The translations under genes and the position numbers were made by a program. Below are positions 41,601 to 49,319 of a stretch of 64,000 nt of DNA, one piece after another; position 1 is the first letter of the stretch; each line of letters starts with the position of its first letter. This DNA comes from Octopus vulgaris (taxonomy: Eukaryota), in NCBI GenBank assembly GCA_951406725.2, contig OX597814.1, positions 49,290,001-49,354,000 on the forward strand. The letters run 5' to 3'. The notes beneath the pieces were generated by a model that saw only the letters and a list, made by a program, of their open reading frames with translations, searched no databases and was not told the origin of the DNA.

Positions 41601-44600
41601 TTTTTCTGATGTTTAGGTTCACTGCCAGAAAACTTAGAAGGCGTAGGGCATTTGGGCGGCATCTTAGGGCTTTAATAACTTGCAGTGAAAAACACAGCAC
41701 TCAATAAAATACTGGAGATATCTACTGGATGCAGTTTAAAAAAAAAAAACTACAAAAAAACCTTCATTATGTCTAATATGTACATACCACCAATGGTAGA
41801 TTGAGCAGAGATTAAAAATAATGGTTTTGAAATATTTAGTTTGTATTACCACTAGATACAGTTATCTATACCATGATAACCAGTGAGTGAGAGAGAGAGA
41901 GGGACCAGCAAGTAACCTAATTTCAATGAGGCTCTATTGGCTCATGACCTTAAAAATTATCCTGTTGAAATAAACAATGTGTATGATCAAATGTAGCAAT
42001 GATTTCAAAAAAGTGCTGGTAGTTTCTAATTAGCAAGCTTTGATTGAAAGCAGGAATAAGAGATACAAGATACAGTGTACTTGTATCTAAAAAAAATCAA
42101 GCAACATGATGTGTGGCTATTCTAATCACATTACTTCACTGTTAGAGCAACACAAACAAACTTGCCAGAAAGGTCTGCTGGCTTTCAATACTCAGTCATG
42201 CTCTACTAAATTTAGAGGGAAAACTGCAATGATACACCTGTAGAAAGAAGTTTATGTAATAGGAAAACAAAGCAAACTAGTGGCAAACCACTATTGATTT
42301 CAGTGACATACTGAACTGAATGATGTATTTGAGCCTCAGAAGAGAGATACCAATCAGCAGAAGCCAGCCAGTGGGTCAGCAATATTTGAAGGGTAAAGAT
42401 GCTTTGTGGAACACTTCCAGCAAATGGTCAATGTACCAGGACTGGTCAAGCCAGAAACTTTGGAAAATGTGACACATTAATGTGTTGCTATAACAATGGT
42501 AGATGAACCAAGTGTTGATCACAAACAAATTGCTTCTGAGATTACTGCAGAAGCAGAAAAGCAATGGTGACGGACTCATGAAATGTCTTTATCAGTTGCT
42601 GCTGGAATCAAAGGTAATGGGTAAATATCCCACAGCATGAGAAAGGTGCTAGCATTGCACTTATATTCAAGAAATATGATATAAAATGAGAGATTTCTCT
42701 TCATACTATAGTCAAAAAGACCTTTGCAATATTGTTACTCAATGATGTTTTGTTTCCAACAAATGCAAAATATATGTATGAATCTGAATCAAGCATTGTT
42801 TGCAGTCTTCATTGATTTCACAAAGGCATTCAGCACACTAAACTGGTCATGCCTATAGTAAATACTCAGAAGGTTTGTATGTCTGAGAAATTTCACTCTT
42901 ATAACAGAGTTTCTCCACACTGTCATAAGGACTCAAGTTATGCAGATGGACTCCAAATCTGCACCATTTGATGTTACAGTGCAAGTTGAGAAGAGTTGTG
43001 TGTTAGTGCTATGTTATTTTCACTTTATTTGACAGCAATGCTTAAGAAGATATTCCATAATTCAATTGAAGGTTTATACTTAGATACTAACCAGCTTAAA
43101 GTGACATACCTCAAAGCTAAGACCAAGACCACATATGTTCATGAGAAAATGTTATTCACTGAGATGAACACCTGTATCTCCCGAGCAGAAGAGTGCAGAC
43201 TTTGATGGGTGCATTATACATTGCAGCCACAAAGATTGTCCTGAAAATTAACACCAAAAAACCTGAAGTTCTTCATCAGCTGAACCCATGCTTATTGTTA
43301 TTGGTGGGCAATACCTGTTAGAGGCAAACCATTATATTTATCTGAGTGGAACAATTTGTAGAGGAAAGGCTTAGTGATGATGTAGAACAAGCAAAACCAG
43401 CACAACATTCAGAAGGTTAAGAATGTGACTGTGGAGCTACAAGTTTATGTCAGTTAAGTCAGAGTAGGCTCTGGCGGAGATTCAAAGATGTGACTAAGCA
43501 TAAGAAAAGATTGAAAATTGATACTGCAGTTGGACCACAACTGAAGACAGAAACCAGTGAAGGAAATCAATCCACTTCTAATATTCAAAACATTTTATAT
43601 AGACAGCCATCATCAACTGTTGACAGACAATCTAAATTGATGACTTGTAGTATAAGTAAAAAGATGAGATGGTCAAAGGACACCCATAATCATAGTTCTG
43701 CTCAGCCAGGGGCTAAACTTATCGACTTATCTAAGAGTTTAGTATTTAAGAGCAACAGCCCTGTATAGTGTCAGTAATTAAAGTTCAGAGCGCTTCAGCC
43801 AGCTGTAAAAATATCTGTAACAAGTAATTAATGCATCAGTTGTTTCCCTGATCATATGCTCTTCCTGTTTAACAATGAGTCACATTAAATAATGTCATGG
43901 GACAACTGTAGATAGGTATAGTATATAAACATACATACGCACACAAAATTGCACACACACATGCATATGTGTAGATGTTTCTGTGGATATGTATGTGAAT
44001 GTTCAACTTTTTTTATACAAAATTATTTCAACAGAACAGATGTAGGCTTTCTCCTTGCTCTCCCACTTTCTTTTACTCCCTTCTGTTTGTGTCTCTGAAA
44101 ATAAATATTTTTCTGTCAGTGATTGATAAATATTGTTTATATTTTCTTTCTAGTAAATGATTTCACTTTCGCAACAACTCGAAATGGAAAAAATGTCCCT
44201 TTTGGAACAAGTGGAGATTGTTATAGTTCTTTGAACTGCCCTCAAGTAAGTTACTATTTCTTGGCAAGATTTTTTTCAATTATGATTAGATTTTTAAAAA
44301 CTATTTTAGCTTTTTAAATATGCTTTCCATTCTGAATAACATATTCATTTCAAATTTTGGCACAATGCCAGCAATTTCAGGGATGTGGCTAGTCAATTGC
44401 ATGCCCCACCCCCACCCCCGTACTCAACTGGTATTTATTTTATTGACCCTGAAAGGATGAAAGGCAAAGTCTACTTTGGTGGCATTGGAACTCAGGATGT
44501 AAAGCCAGAAAAAATGCCACTAAACATTTTGTCTGGCATGATAACAATTCTACCAACTTGCTACCTTCTTTCTGAATAACATATTAAAAACAAAATATCA

Positions 44601-47546
44601 TTTTCCTTTCCTGTTTCCTTCCCAGTCTCTTTTACACACTTTTGATGCTTTATATTCTTATGCTCTACCATGAATAGAATTTGTCTAAAACAAGTATGGC
44701 TTTTAGCTAGTTGCTCTTCCCATTGCTAACCATTAAAACATGAAATTGGAGCTGAGCATCTGCTTTATTAGTCAGCCATCTAAAGCAGGAGTACTGGACC
44801 TCAGACCAGTACTGGATCATTTGATATTGAGCCATACAGAAGAAATAAATTTTAAAATCTTATTTCTGTTTTATTGACTATCACAGCCTGCAGAATGTTT
44901 CTGCATTATATAGGTATTGTATATTTAATCATTAAATTGTATATAATATGCACATGAGACCCTGTTCATGGAAAACTTGTCCTGCATAAAACTGGTCCAT
45001 GGTACAAAAAAGGTTGGGGATAACTAATCTAAAGTATGAAAAATTATCTTCCTTGTTCATAAATAGGAAGCAGTTAAGATTTCAACTGTAAACTAAGTTA
45101 TCAATAACCTTGACTGTAGAGCACTTTCAGCAATTGGTCAATATACTAGAACATGTCAAACAAGAAACTTTGGAAAACATGGCACATCACATTATTGATA
45201 TATCAGTGGATGATCTGCCAAGTAAAAGACATGTTGGTCACAACAGATCACTCTCAAATAGAAAGTTACTAACAGTAGGTGGGATTCCAACAGAAGTACA
45301 GAAAAATGGTGGGGACAAATGCAGTAGATGTCTTTATTAGTTGATGCTGGAATCATAGAAGAGTGTGTATGTGTGAGAGAGAGTGAGAAAGAGACAAATA
45401 GACAGGCAGACAGCACACAAGTTTTTCTCAAATGCATCAGCAAACAAAATTTCTATTTGAGTATCAGCCACAGTAATCTCAACAGTCTAGAATTTATGAA
45501 GGTGACAGGAGATACTCCTATTTCTTTGACTGATTAATGTGTTGGTGTGTGTGTGTGAGAGAGAGAGACAGACGGACAGACAGACAGTATATAATCAAAG
45601 AAAGAAGAGTATCTTCCATCATTTTCATAGATCCTCCTACACTTTTGAGATTGTGGTAGATATTTGGATAATAATTTTGTACATATAATCCTCTGAGAAA
45701 AACTTGGACAGGGAAAGAATTCTCCAGGAAACTGCAGCACTGAGATGACGTGATTGAGAAAAAATAATGTTAAAAAAAAATAGAAATGTGTTAAAATCTA
45801 ATATAAAATGAATATTACTTTCCTAATGATAGTTGACTTTTCTTTTTTATTTTAAGGGACAATTCCAAATTGATTTATCACGGACTGACTTTGCAGTTTC
45901 TCCAAGTACTAAATGGATATCAACAGATGAAAAATATCATAACAGAATATCAGTATCTAAGGTTTGCATTGAATTTGTTGCCTCTTAATTTGTGTATAAC
46001 TTCACAAGGTTTTAGAATGCATCATTTTGTATGCTCATTTGTTTTTGCATCTGTTTTTTTCATGCTAACATGAGTTACATGAATATATTATTTGGACATT
46101 GTTTTACTGATGGATGCTTATCCTGCTGCCAACCTTTATCTGTTTTCAACTAAGGGGTCCACATGCTTTTAGAAGCACAAAGCTAGTGGATAATTTGTTG
46201 ACAAAGGAAATGACAATAATTGTAGCTTAGCAATTATCAGAGAAGCACTAATGCAAATGCAAACACACACACACAAACTTACACATATCTATATCTATCC
46301 ATCTATGATAGATGTTATATAGATATGTGATGATGGTGTGTTTGTGGTGGAAAGAGGGTTGAGTGACAGGCTTTGTGGTGTTTCAGTCTACAGAGGGCCT
46401 ATGAAGACTTGAAAGAAATGAAGCCAGCATGTTCTGCTGAATGGGTAATGTCAGTGTGTACATACTGCAAAGTGTAAATGATTTAAGAAGAAAACTGGGT
46501 ATAAGAGGCATCAGATGTTGTGTACAAGAGAGAAGACTGCACAGGTACAGTCTTGTGATGCATATGGACAAGGACAGCTGCTTAGAAAAATGCCAATCTC
46601 TCATTGTGGAGGGAACCTGTGAAAGGGATAGGCCCAGGAAGACATGGGATGAAGTGGTGAAAATTGATCTTCTGGTGTTAAGCCTCACAGAGGAGATGGC
46701 AAGGGACCAAGATCTCTGGTGATTTGTTGTGCTTGAGAAGACATGTCAAGCTAAGTAAAATTACTGCCATCCATACATATAGGTATGTTCTTTATGGCCG
46801 TGGCCCCACCCATCTCTCCCAGCTGTCTTGCAGGTGCCAATTCCATGTAAAACGCATTCATGCTGGTGCGACAAAAAATGCACCCATGCTAGTGGCATAT
46901 AAAGAAGCACCAAGCACACTCTGTAAAGTGGTTGGCATTAGGAAGGACATCCATTGGAGTCTGGACAGCTCCTATCAAACCATTCAACCCATACCAGCAT
47001 GGAAAACAAATGTTAAACTATGATGATGATTATTAGAAATATTATTTTTAAAATTGTTAAAATTTTTTTGTGTATCATAAAAGTATAACCGATTTATTGC
47101 GCATAATTTTTTATGACAAACTCTTATATGGACTCCCTAGGGCCATATGGATCCTGGTTGAGAACCACTGATATCAAACCTTTCAAACCAAAGCAAGTTG
47201 GAAAATATCTTATTCAGTAACCTAACAATGATTTTAGAAGGATTCAAGAGAATTTTGACCTCATAATCCATGACTTTGTATTTAGTAATTTAAGCTGCTA
47301 AGTTTAGTAACTTCCTTTAATGAAAAATGTAGAAAAGTTTGAGTAACCACAATAGTTATACATGTAAATGATAACAATAATTTCTGCAAAATATTTTGGA
47401 ATATTTGATTCCCATCTACAATATCTTCAATATTTCTTTGTTTCTTTCAGAACAATAAGCTAATAAGAGGTTTGTGTGGTGGCAGATGTGGAACCACATG
47501 CCTTCCTGACCCCCGTATTGGTTTACAACTTCAACTGAGTCATTGA
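582..47546 (+). CDS. ADAMTS9: ADAMTS9/ADAMTS20/GON-1-like metalloprotease, 3' half: 22 coding exons (spacer end, 14 TSP1 repeats, GON domain, stop); 5' part lies upstream of the window
   Basis: Manually spliced exons, all AG/GT bounded with matching phases, give one open frame of 3311 nt ending in TGA at 47544-47546. The translation follows the ADAMTS9/20 architecture as recalled (spacer GNFILNG..VEYSGS..VLSVG, W-x4-W-x2-C-x3-C TSRs, GON domain). The symbol denotes the ADAMTS9/20 family; an invertebrate gene cannot be assigned to one paralogue. Confidence 0.95.
1205..1331 (+). CDS. ADAMTS9: exon, spacer end and start of TSR2
   Basis: ttctag| [42 protein letters not shown](G) |gtgaga; phase 0-1. 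Confidence 0.94.
1472..1870 (-). mobile_element. RTE-family LINE 3'UTR fragment with (CAT)n tail and three tandem ~99 bp internal units
   Basis: (TCA)n then tttaacgtccgttttccat; core cccttcctaatgccaaccac repeated in units starting at about 1592, 1691 and 1790; the same tail follows RTE ORF2 at 46383-47030. Confidence 0.75.
2614..2678. repeat. (TA)n microsatellite
   Basis: visible dinucleotide run. Confidence 0.95.
2681..2971 (+). mobile_element. 5'-truncated RTE-clade LINE (ORF2 C-terminus plus (GAT)n tail)
   Basis: [30 protein letters not shown]...LLLWKP...[11 protein letters not shown] then gatgatgat; flanked by atatatatataaa on both sides (2668-2680, 2972-2984), a likely TSD. Confidence 0.75.
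3158..3281 (+). CDS. ADAMTS9: exon, TSR2
   Basis: tttaag| (G)[40 protein letters not shown](G) |gtagat; phase 1-2. Confidence 0.93.
4925..5355 (-). mobile_element. RTE LINE 3'UTR fragment (degenerate)
   Basis: tttaacatcc...ggatgcctttctaatgtcaaccactttacag core followed by a purine-rich tract, as at 24925-25580. Confidence 0.6.
6661..6872 (+). mobile_element. tRNA-derived SINE with Meta-like central domain (family B)
   Basis: ggcagtgagctggcagaa head, B-box gagttcaaatt, core cctttgatccttttggtgttgataaaataagtacc; 18-bp TSD with one mismatch (6642-6659, 6873-6890). Confidence 0.8.
7255..7815 (-). mobile_element. CR1-clade LINE 3' end (ORF2 C-terminus) with (TAAC)n tail
   Basis: ORF 7352-7834: LVRPILEYG...[12 protein letters not shown]...[22 protein letters not shown]...RGH...WNKLP; tail (gtta)n at 7255-7283. 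Confidence 0.9.
8641..9003 (+). mobile_element. non-autonomous Helitron
   Basis: A|TC start (tctatatatataaa), 3' hairpin 8964-9004, CTAG|T end, no TSD. Confidence 0.75.
9430..10630 (-). mobile_element. highly decayed non-LTR retrotransposon RT region (CR1/L2/Jockey group)
   Basis: minus-strand remnants [22 protein letters not shown] (9573-9650), IKSSVSQ (resembles GVPQGS) and YINSM; boundaries approximate. Confidence 0.55.
10953..11160 (+). CDS. ADAMTS9: exon, TSR3
   Basis: ttgtag| [27 protein letters not shown]...[17 protein letters not shown] |gtaagt; phase 2-0. Confidence 0.95.
12369..12533 (+). CDS. ADAMTS9: exon, TSR4
   Basis: ttttag| [55 protein letters not shown] |gtaagt; 165 nt, phase 0-0. 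Confidence 0.95.
12590..13078 (+). mobile_element. CR1-clade LINE reverse transcriptase fragment
   Basis: SQFGF...[23 protein letters not shown]...[18 protein letters not shown]...KYADDTKLY with stops and frameshifts. Confidence 0.9.
13089..13159 (+). mobile_element. tRNA-derived SINE head (same family as the 57.3-57.7 kb element)
   Basis: ggcatatggtgtagtggttaagagtgtgggctactaaccccaagattcctagttcgattc: A box tagtggttaag, B box agttcgattc; closely similar to 57516-57585. Confidence 0.75.
13185..13437 (+). mobile_element. hammerhead-bearing non-autonomous element (Penelope-like), subfamily 1
   Basis: 18-bp perfect inverted repeat 13185-13202/13301-13318 encloses the hammerhead; 13310-13435 is homologous to 38465-38585. 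Confidence 0.6.
13230..13274 (+). ncRNA. minimal type-I hammerhead ribozyme motif (core carries G5>A)
   Basis: CACACG-CUaAUGA-C-GGGU(CAAU)ACUC-A-GAAA-CUCGAG-UU-CGUGUG: perfect 6-bp stem I, stem II, palindromic helix III ACUCGAGU. Confidence 0.7.
13915..14082 (+). CDS. ADAMTS9: exon, TSR5
   Basis: ctttag| [56 protein letters not shown] |gtaaat; 168 nt. Confidence 0.95.
14204..14507 (-). mobile_element. CR1/L2-type LINE 3' end with (ATT)n tail
   Basis: minus strand [39 protein letters not shown] then 3'UTR and (AAT)n run 14204-14245. Confidence 0.75.
14745..15139 (+). mobile_element. full-length tRNA-derived SINE (family A)
   Basis: ggcgcaggagtggctgtgtggtaag A box, gggttcagtccc B box, internal (TA/TG)n, tail gaaacaattaaaagagtaaaagagta; other copies at 20540, 33171 and 35405. 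Confidence 0.85.
15583..15833 (+). mobile_element. solo-LTR-like remnant with 56-bp tandem repeat
   Basis: termini tgttgtgt...acataaca, flanks gtaat/ataat, unit gcgacataacagtggcgatgagg recurring at 15711, 15767 and 15823. Confidence 0.55.
15908..16126 (+). CDS. ADAMTS9: exon, TSR6 plus linker 1
   Basis: tttcag| [19 protein letters not shown]...[33 protein letters not shown] |gtaatc; 219 nt. Confidence 0.95.
16378..16579 (+). mobile_element. tRNA-derived Meta-like SINE (family B), young copy
   Basis: gcctttcatcctttcggggtcgataaattaagtaccag core; perfect 16-bp TSD ttgtattcttagacat (16362-16377, 16580-16595). Confidence 0.9.
16840..17010 (+). CDS. ADAMTS9: exon, TSR7
   Basis: tttcag| [57 protein letters not shown] |gtttgt; 171 nt. 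Confidence 0.95.
17239..17459. mobile_element. piggyBac-type MITE
   Basis: TTAA|cccttttgttac ... gtaacgaaaggg|TTAA; a partial related end lies at about 7965-8060. Confidence 0.85.
17528..18207. mobile_element. Ginger-like non-autonomous DNA transposon
   Basis: TGT...ACA termini, ~62-bp TIRs (17528-17589, 18146-18207), 4-bp TSD aata; internal direct copy of the left end at 18054-18149. Confidence 0.7.
19158..19352 (+). CDS. ADAMTS9: exon, TSR8 plus linker 2
   Basis: ttccag| [65 protein letters not shown] |gttagt; 195 nt. Confidence 0.95.
20330..20482 (+). CDS. ADAMTS9: exon, TSR9
   Basis: ttttag| [51 protein letters not shown] |gtaact; 153 nt. Confidence 0.95.
20540..20926 (+). mobile_element. 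tRNA-derived SINE family A (older copy)
   Basis: gtggtaagaag...ggttcagtccc...ggtgctccagcacagc...ctgaaacagatgaaagaataaaaga. Confidence 0.7.
20940..21236 (+). mobile_element. RTE LINE 3'UTR fragment with (GAT)n tail
   Basis: two ggtggcacrtaaaaagcacc motifs, gtggttggcattaggaagggcatccagc core, ggacattaaacaatgatgatg tail. Confidence 0.8.
21977..22153 (+). CDS. ADAMTS9: exon, TSR10
   Basis: ttctag| [59 protein letters not shown] |gtgagt; 177 nt. Confidence 0.95.
22935..23128. repeat. compound (TA)n/(TATG)n microsatellite
   Basis: visible run. Confidence 0.95.
23169..23381 (-). mobile_element. Meta-like SINE (family B)
   Basis: reverse copy ending attctgccagctcgccacct; TSD tgtgtgtacatayatta (23152-23168, 23382-23398). 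Confidence 0.85.
24366..24738. repeat. ~370 bp imperfect palindrome (foldback/MITE-like)
   Basis: tatactcgttcttcacttcagcttt pairs with aaagctgaactgaagaatgagtata; tgtgacctcttc with gaagaggtcaca; centre ctcctcctg-ccaggt-caagaggag. Confidence 0.8.
24925..26400 (-). mobile_element. decayed RTE LINE (ORF2 3' part plus 3'UTR and (CAT)n tail)
   Basis: 25580-26400 is the reverse homologue of 46383-46760 and 61330-62200; (CAT)n tail at 24925-24960. Confidence 0.75.
27530..27912 (+). mobile_element. decayed RTE LINE 3' end
   Basis: [13 protein letters not shown] motif, agaagactacactggtacagac, gctgtgctggaaaagac, gatgag tail. Confidence 0.55.
28003..28167 (+). CDS. ADAMTS9: exon, TSR11
   Basis: ttttag| [55 protein letters not shown] |gtaagt; 165 nt. 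Confidence 0.95.
28854..29024 (+). CDS. ADAMTS9: exon, TSR12
   Basis: tcctag| [57 protein letters not shown] |gtaagc; 171 nt. Confidence 0.95.
29340..30130 (+). mobile_element. RTE LINE 3'UTR with (CT)n expansion
   Basis: pyrimidine-rich tract, (CT)n 29627-29724, three tandem ggtgccac..aaaagcac motifs, gtggttgatgttaggaaggatatcc core. Confidence 0.65.
30701..31139. mobile_element. MITE with ~95-bp imperfect TIRs
   Basis: tgttatttcctatttgctt (30721-30739) is the reverse complement of 31101-31119; ccttcaaattttgcttttgt pairs with acaaaagcaaagtttgaagg. Confidence 0.7.
31190..31360 (+). CDS. ADAMTS9: exon, TSR13
   Basis: ttgcag| [57 protein letters not shown] |gtaggt; 171 nt. Confidence 0.95.
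32377..32562 (+). CDS. ADAMTS9: exon, TSR14
   Basis: attcag| [62 protein letters not shown] |gtaagt; 186 nt. Confidence 0.95.
32725..33122 (-). mobile_element. non-autonomous Helitron with internal ~100-bp tandem duplication
   Basis: minus strand A|TCtttatatataaaag start, GC-rich subterminal hairpin, CTAG|T end; duplicated unit catttttagagagtta...catcgtagacat. Confidence 0.75.
33171..33571 (-). mobile_element. full-length tRNA-derived SINE family A
   Basis: reverse complement of 14745-15139 over its full length. Confidence 0.85.
33851..33983 (+). CDS. ADAMTS9: exon, TSR15
   Basis: taatag| [44 protein letters not shown](C) |gtaaat; phase 0-1. Confidence 0.93.
34152..34360 (-). mobile_element. 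Meta-like SINE (family B)
   Basis: reverse core ggtacttatttt..gatgaaagataaagttgacc; approximate TSD tactgtcatataaatatt/tactatcgcataaatatt. Confidence 0.75.
35157..35248 (+). CDS. ADAMTS9: exon, GON domain start
   Basis: atttag| (C)[30 protein letters not shown] |gtaaat; phase 1-0. Confidence 0.92.
35405..35935 (-). mobile_element. SINE family A interrupted by a + strand RTE 3' tail (35648-35802)
   Basis: both SINE halves flank ggttggcattaggaagggcatcc...gacattaaatgatgatg, which sits in the SINE's (TA)n tract. Confidence 0.75.
36171..36463. mobile_element. possible solo LTR
   Basis: GC-richer island, tgatgtg...cacaaca ends; left end resembles 48380 (tgttgtgtgatggaggaaaaagac); no TSD found. 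Confidence 0.35.
36864..36952 (+). CDS. ADAMTS9: exon, GON domain
   Basis: atctag| [29 protein letters not shown](R) |gtaagt; phase 0-2. Confidence 0.93.
38290..38334 (-). ncRNA. minimal type-I hammerhead ribozyme motif (intact core)
   Basis: UCUGUG-CUGAUGA-AGGG(AAAUAA)CCUG-GAAA-UCGCGA-UA-CACCGA; palindromic helix III AUCGCGAU; stem I 5 of 6 bp. Confidence 0.7.
38381..38425 (+). ncRNA. minimal type-I hammerhead motif (decayed stems)
   Basis: UCUGUA-CUGAUGA-AGAG(AAAUAA)CCCA-GAAA-UCACGA-UA-CAUGGA. Confidence 0.6.
38828..38964 (+). CDS. ADAMTS9: exon, GON domain
   Basis: ttttag| (R)[45 protein letters not shown] |gtaagt; phase 2-1. Confidence 0.94.
39790..41735 (-). mobile_element. decayed Tigger/pogo (TIGD1-like) DNA transposon; transposase pseudogene at about 39940-41662
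   Basis: frameshifted ORFs: [14 protein letters not shown]...[23 protein letters not shown] (CENP-B-type HTH), [45 protein letters not shown] (DDE_1); TIRs not recognised. Confidence 0.9.
42000..43445 (+). mobile_element. highly decayed RTE-BovB-type LINE ORF2
   Basis: remnants [12 protein letters not shown] (42800-42835), ..CVL..MLFSLYL, MLFT(D), [13 protein letters not shown]; left boundary approximate. Confidence 0.7.
44154..44245 (+). CDS. ADAMTS9: exon, GON domain
   Basis: ttctag| (L)[30 protein letters not shown] |gtaagt; phase 1-0. Confidence 0.94.
44346..44569 (-). mobile_element. Meta-like SINE (family B)
   Basis: reverse core ccctgaaaggatgaaaggc; perfect 16-bp TSD ttctgaataacatatt (44330-44345, 44570-44585). 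Confidence 0.85.
45857..45961 (+). CDS. ADAMTS9: exon, GON domain
   Basis: tttaag| [35 protein letters not shown] |gtttgc; 105 nt. Confidence 0.92.
46383..47030 (+). mobile_element. RTE LINE 3' end (ORF2 C-terminus, 3'UTR, (GAT)n tail)
   Basis: [28 protein letters not shown]...[18 protein letters not shown] then gtggttggcattaggaagg core and tgatgatgat. Confidence 0.85.
47451..47546 (+). CDS. ADAMTS9: last coding exon, GON domain end and stop
   Basis: tttcag| [31 protein letters not shown]; CGGxCG motif of the GON C-terminus. Confidence 0.94.
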   Translation, partial: NNKLIRGLCGGRCGTTCLPDPRIGLQLQLSH

Positions 47547-47864
47547 TTCATAGAAAAAAAAAATAATGTAAGCTTTTTTCTTTTCGCAGTTTTCTTCCCT
47601 AAGAATTTGCTAACAAAAAGACTTTTTTTCTAATATACTGTGAATAATTGGCATTAGAAACAGAAGACGAGATAATGTGTTAGTCATTTCTTTTCCAGTA
47701 TTGTGAGAAAGTAAGTGAAACAAATAGAAATTAAAAGTGGGTCACAAATTGACTTTGTCAAAAATTCAATCTGTAAATTTTAAAACAAATATATCCACAC
47801 AGGAATGTGACTGTGACCTAGTAATGTGACCTAGTAAAGTATAAATTATTCATATTTAATTTTC

Positions 47865-48480
47865 TCACCAATGCAGTCTCGCCATACACGGTTTCCCCAC
47901 AACCCCGAACGTTACACCGGCCTCGTTGACAGTGACACCTCCTAAACGGGTGATTGCATCCATCCCCATCACCATGTCAATCTCGTCCACCAAGTGATTC
48001 ACCATCATATCCCACCAGTTTAGCCAATCTCCTGAGTTCGTTGGCAAATACATCGACCTGTTTGCCAGTCCACTTTGTTTTCCCCAGGCGAGCATATGCT
48101 TCAAACATTCCTTCTGCAAAGGCCTCCATCAAATAGATTTCTATTTTTTCCGCACTCAGTTGGCCCCTTTCTTCCATTTCTAGGTATAGTGCCAACGCCG
48201 AACCATCTAGGTACAGCGGTATAAAACTCGCTAAGTCGTCTATCCTGTGGAGTTTCGCAACCAACTTCATCTTCAACCAAGCAACTACATCCATGTCACC
48301 ACAGAACGGTTTGACCATATCATTCGAAATACGAACTACACTCATTCATTTTTTTTTTTTTTGTTATGGGCCGAAATAGCTTGTTGTGTGATGGAGGAAA
48401 AAGACAACAAAAAAAGAAGCAAAAGGGAGAAAGAAATACAGAGACCTTACCTGTTGTTCGAGGCGGGATGAGCAATCACT
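47865..48480 (-). mobile_element. Gypsy-type LTR retrotransposon fragment (gag start plus adjacent LTR end)
   Basis: ORF 47977-48345 MVKPFCGDMDVVAWL..KLVAKL..IDDLASFIPLYLDGSALALYLEM...KWTGKQVDVFANELRRLAKL resembles invertebrate Gypsy gag; ACA end at 48380 on the minus strand. Confidence 0.7.
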
Positions 48481-48797
48481 GCCCTTATCGTGAAGAAAAA
48501 TGCGTCGTTCCACATTCACTGTCTCTCATCAAACTGCGCCCACATGCTTTCTGCCCGAGCATGCCCTTGTGGCTCTTCCACCAGCCCCTGCAGTCTTCAC
48601 TTCCATTTACCTCATCTGCAATCCTCTCCACCAACACCATATAGCTCATCACAGCCCATAACACCACAATATATATATATAACTGCCAATTTACCATCAA
48701 TGACAACCTCTCTTTATTACTGTCTGCCTCCTTCCACGTCAGTTCAGTAGTTAGCTTGCATTCAACATGCTACAATTGGTGACCCCAACTAGTGATT
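48480..48797 (+). mobile_element. LTR 3' part followed by a tRNA-Trp-like primer binding site
   Basis: ...gctaca|at-tggtgaccccaactagtgatt compared with the tRNA-Trp PBS tggtgaccccgacgtgatt; left boundary uncertain. Confidence 0.5.
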
Positions 48798-49319
48798 CCT
48801 GACTTCCTAACCATTTCACATGATTAACAATCCAGGTTATAGAGTATACCATACAGTGAACTAAACAATATAGTGTACAATAACAATGTGGTTTGCCCAT
48901 ATGCTAAATTTTATAAATGTAGATGTGTTTAAGACTGTAATGAAAGTTTAGAATGTTAATCATATCTTCTTTCTTTCTTATTTTTCAGGTGGAACCAATG
49001 CATCATTAGGCTGTATTACTACAACCATCTTTCATTGTAAATAATCCATTCCAAAAGACTAATATTGTGACTATTATTATTATTAGTCTTTGTTATTTAT
49101 TTTTTCTAAAACTAGACAAATTATTTACACACTTGAGTGCAATATTTGAGAAAATGTATAAGATATACGTGCATATATATATGATGATGATATATATATT
49201 GTGTGTTTGTATTTGTGTGTGTGTTTGTTTGTATAAATAGTTTATGTTGTAAATGTCTCATTGAACATAACACTGCTGGTAAATGTGATTATTATTGTTG
49301 TTATTGTTATTAGGGTTAT

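Larger units (their letters stand above)
47568..48988 (+). other. putative intron in the 3'UTR
   Basis: GTAAGC donor 21 nt after the stop codon; long pyrimidine tract ending tttttcag at 48988; LTR-element debris is confined between them. Confidence 0.55.

Noticed and set aside
39940-41662. Domesticated TIGD-like gene nested antisense in the intron
   Set aside because: Multiple frameshifts and stops, and an altered catalytic motif (DKTG); a transposon fossil.
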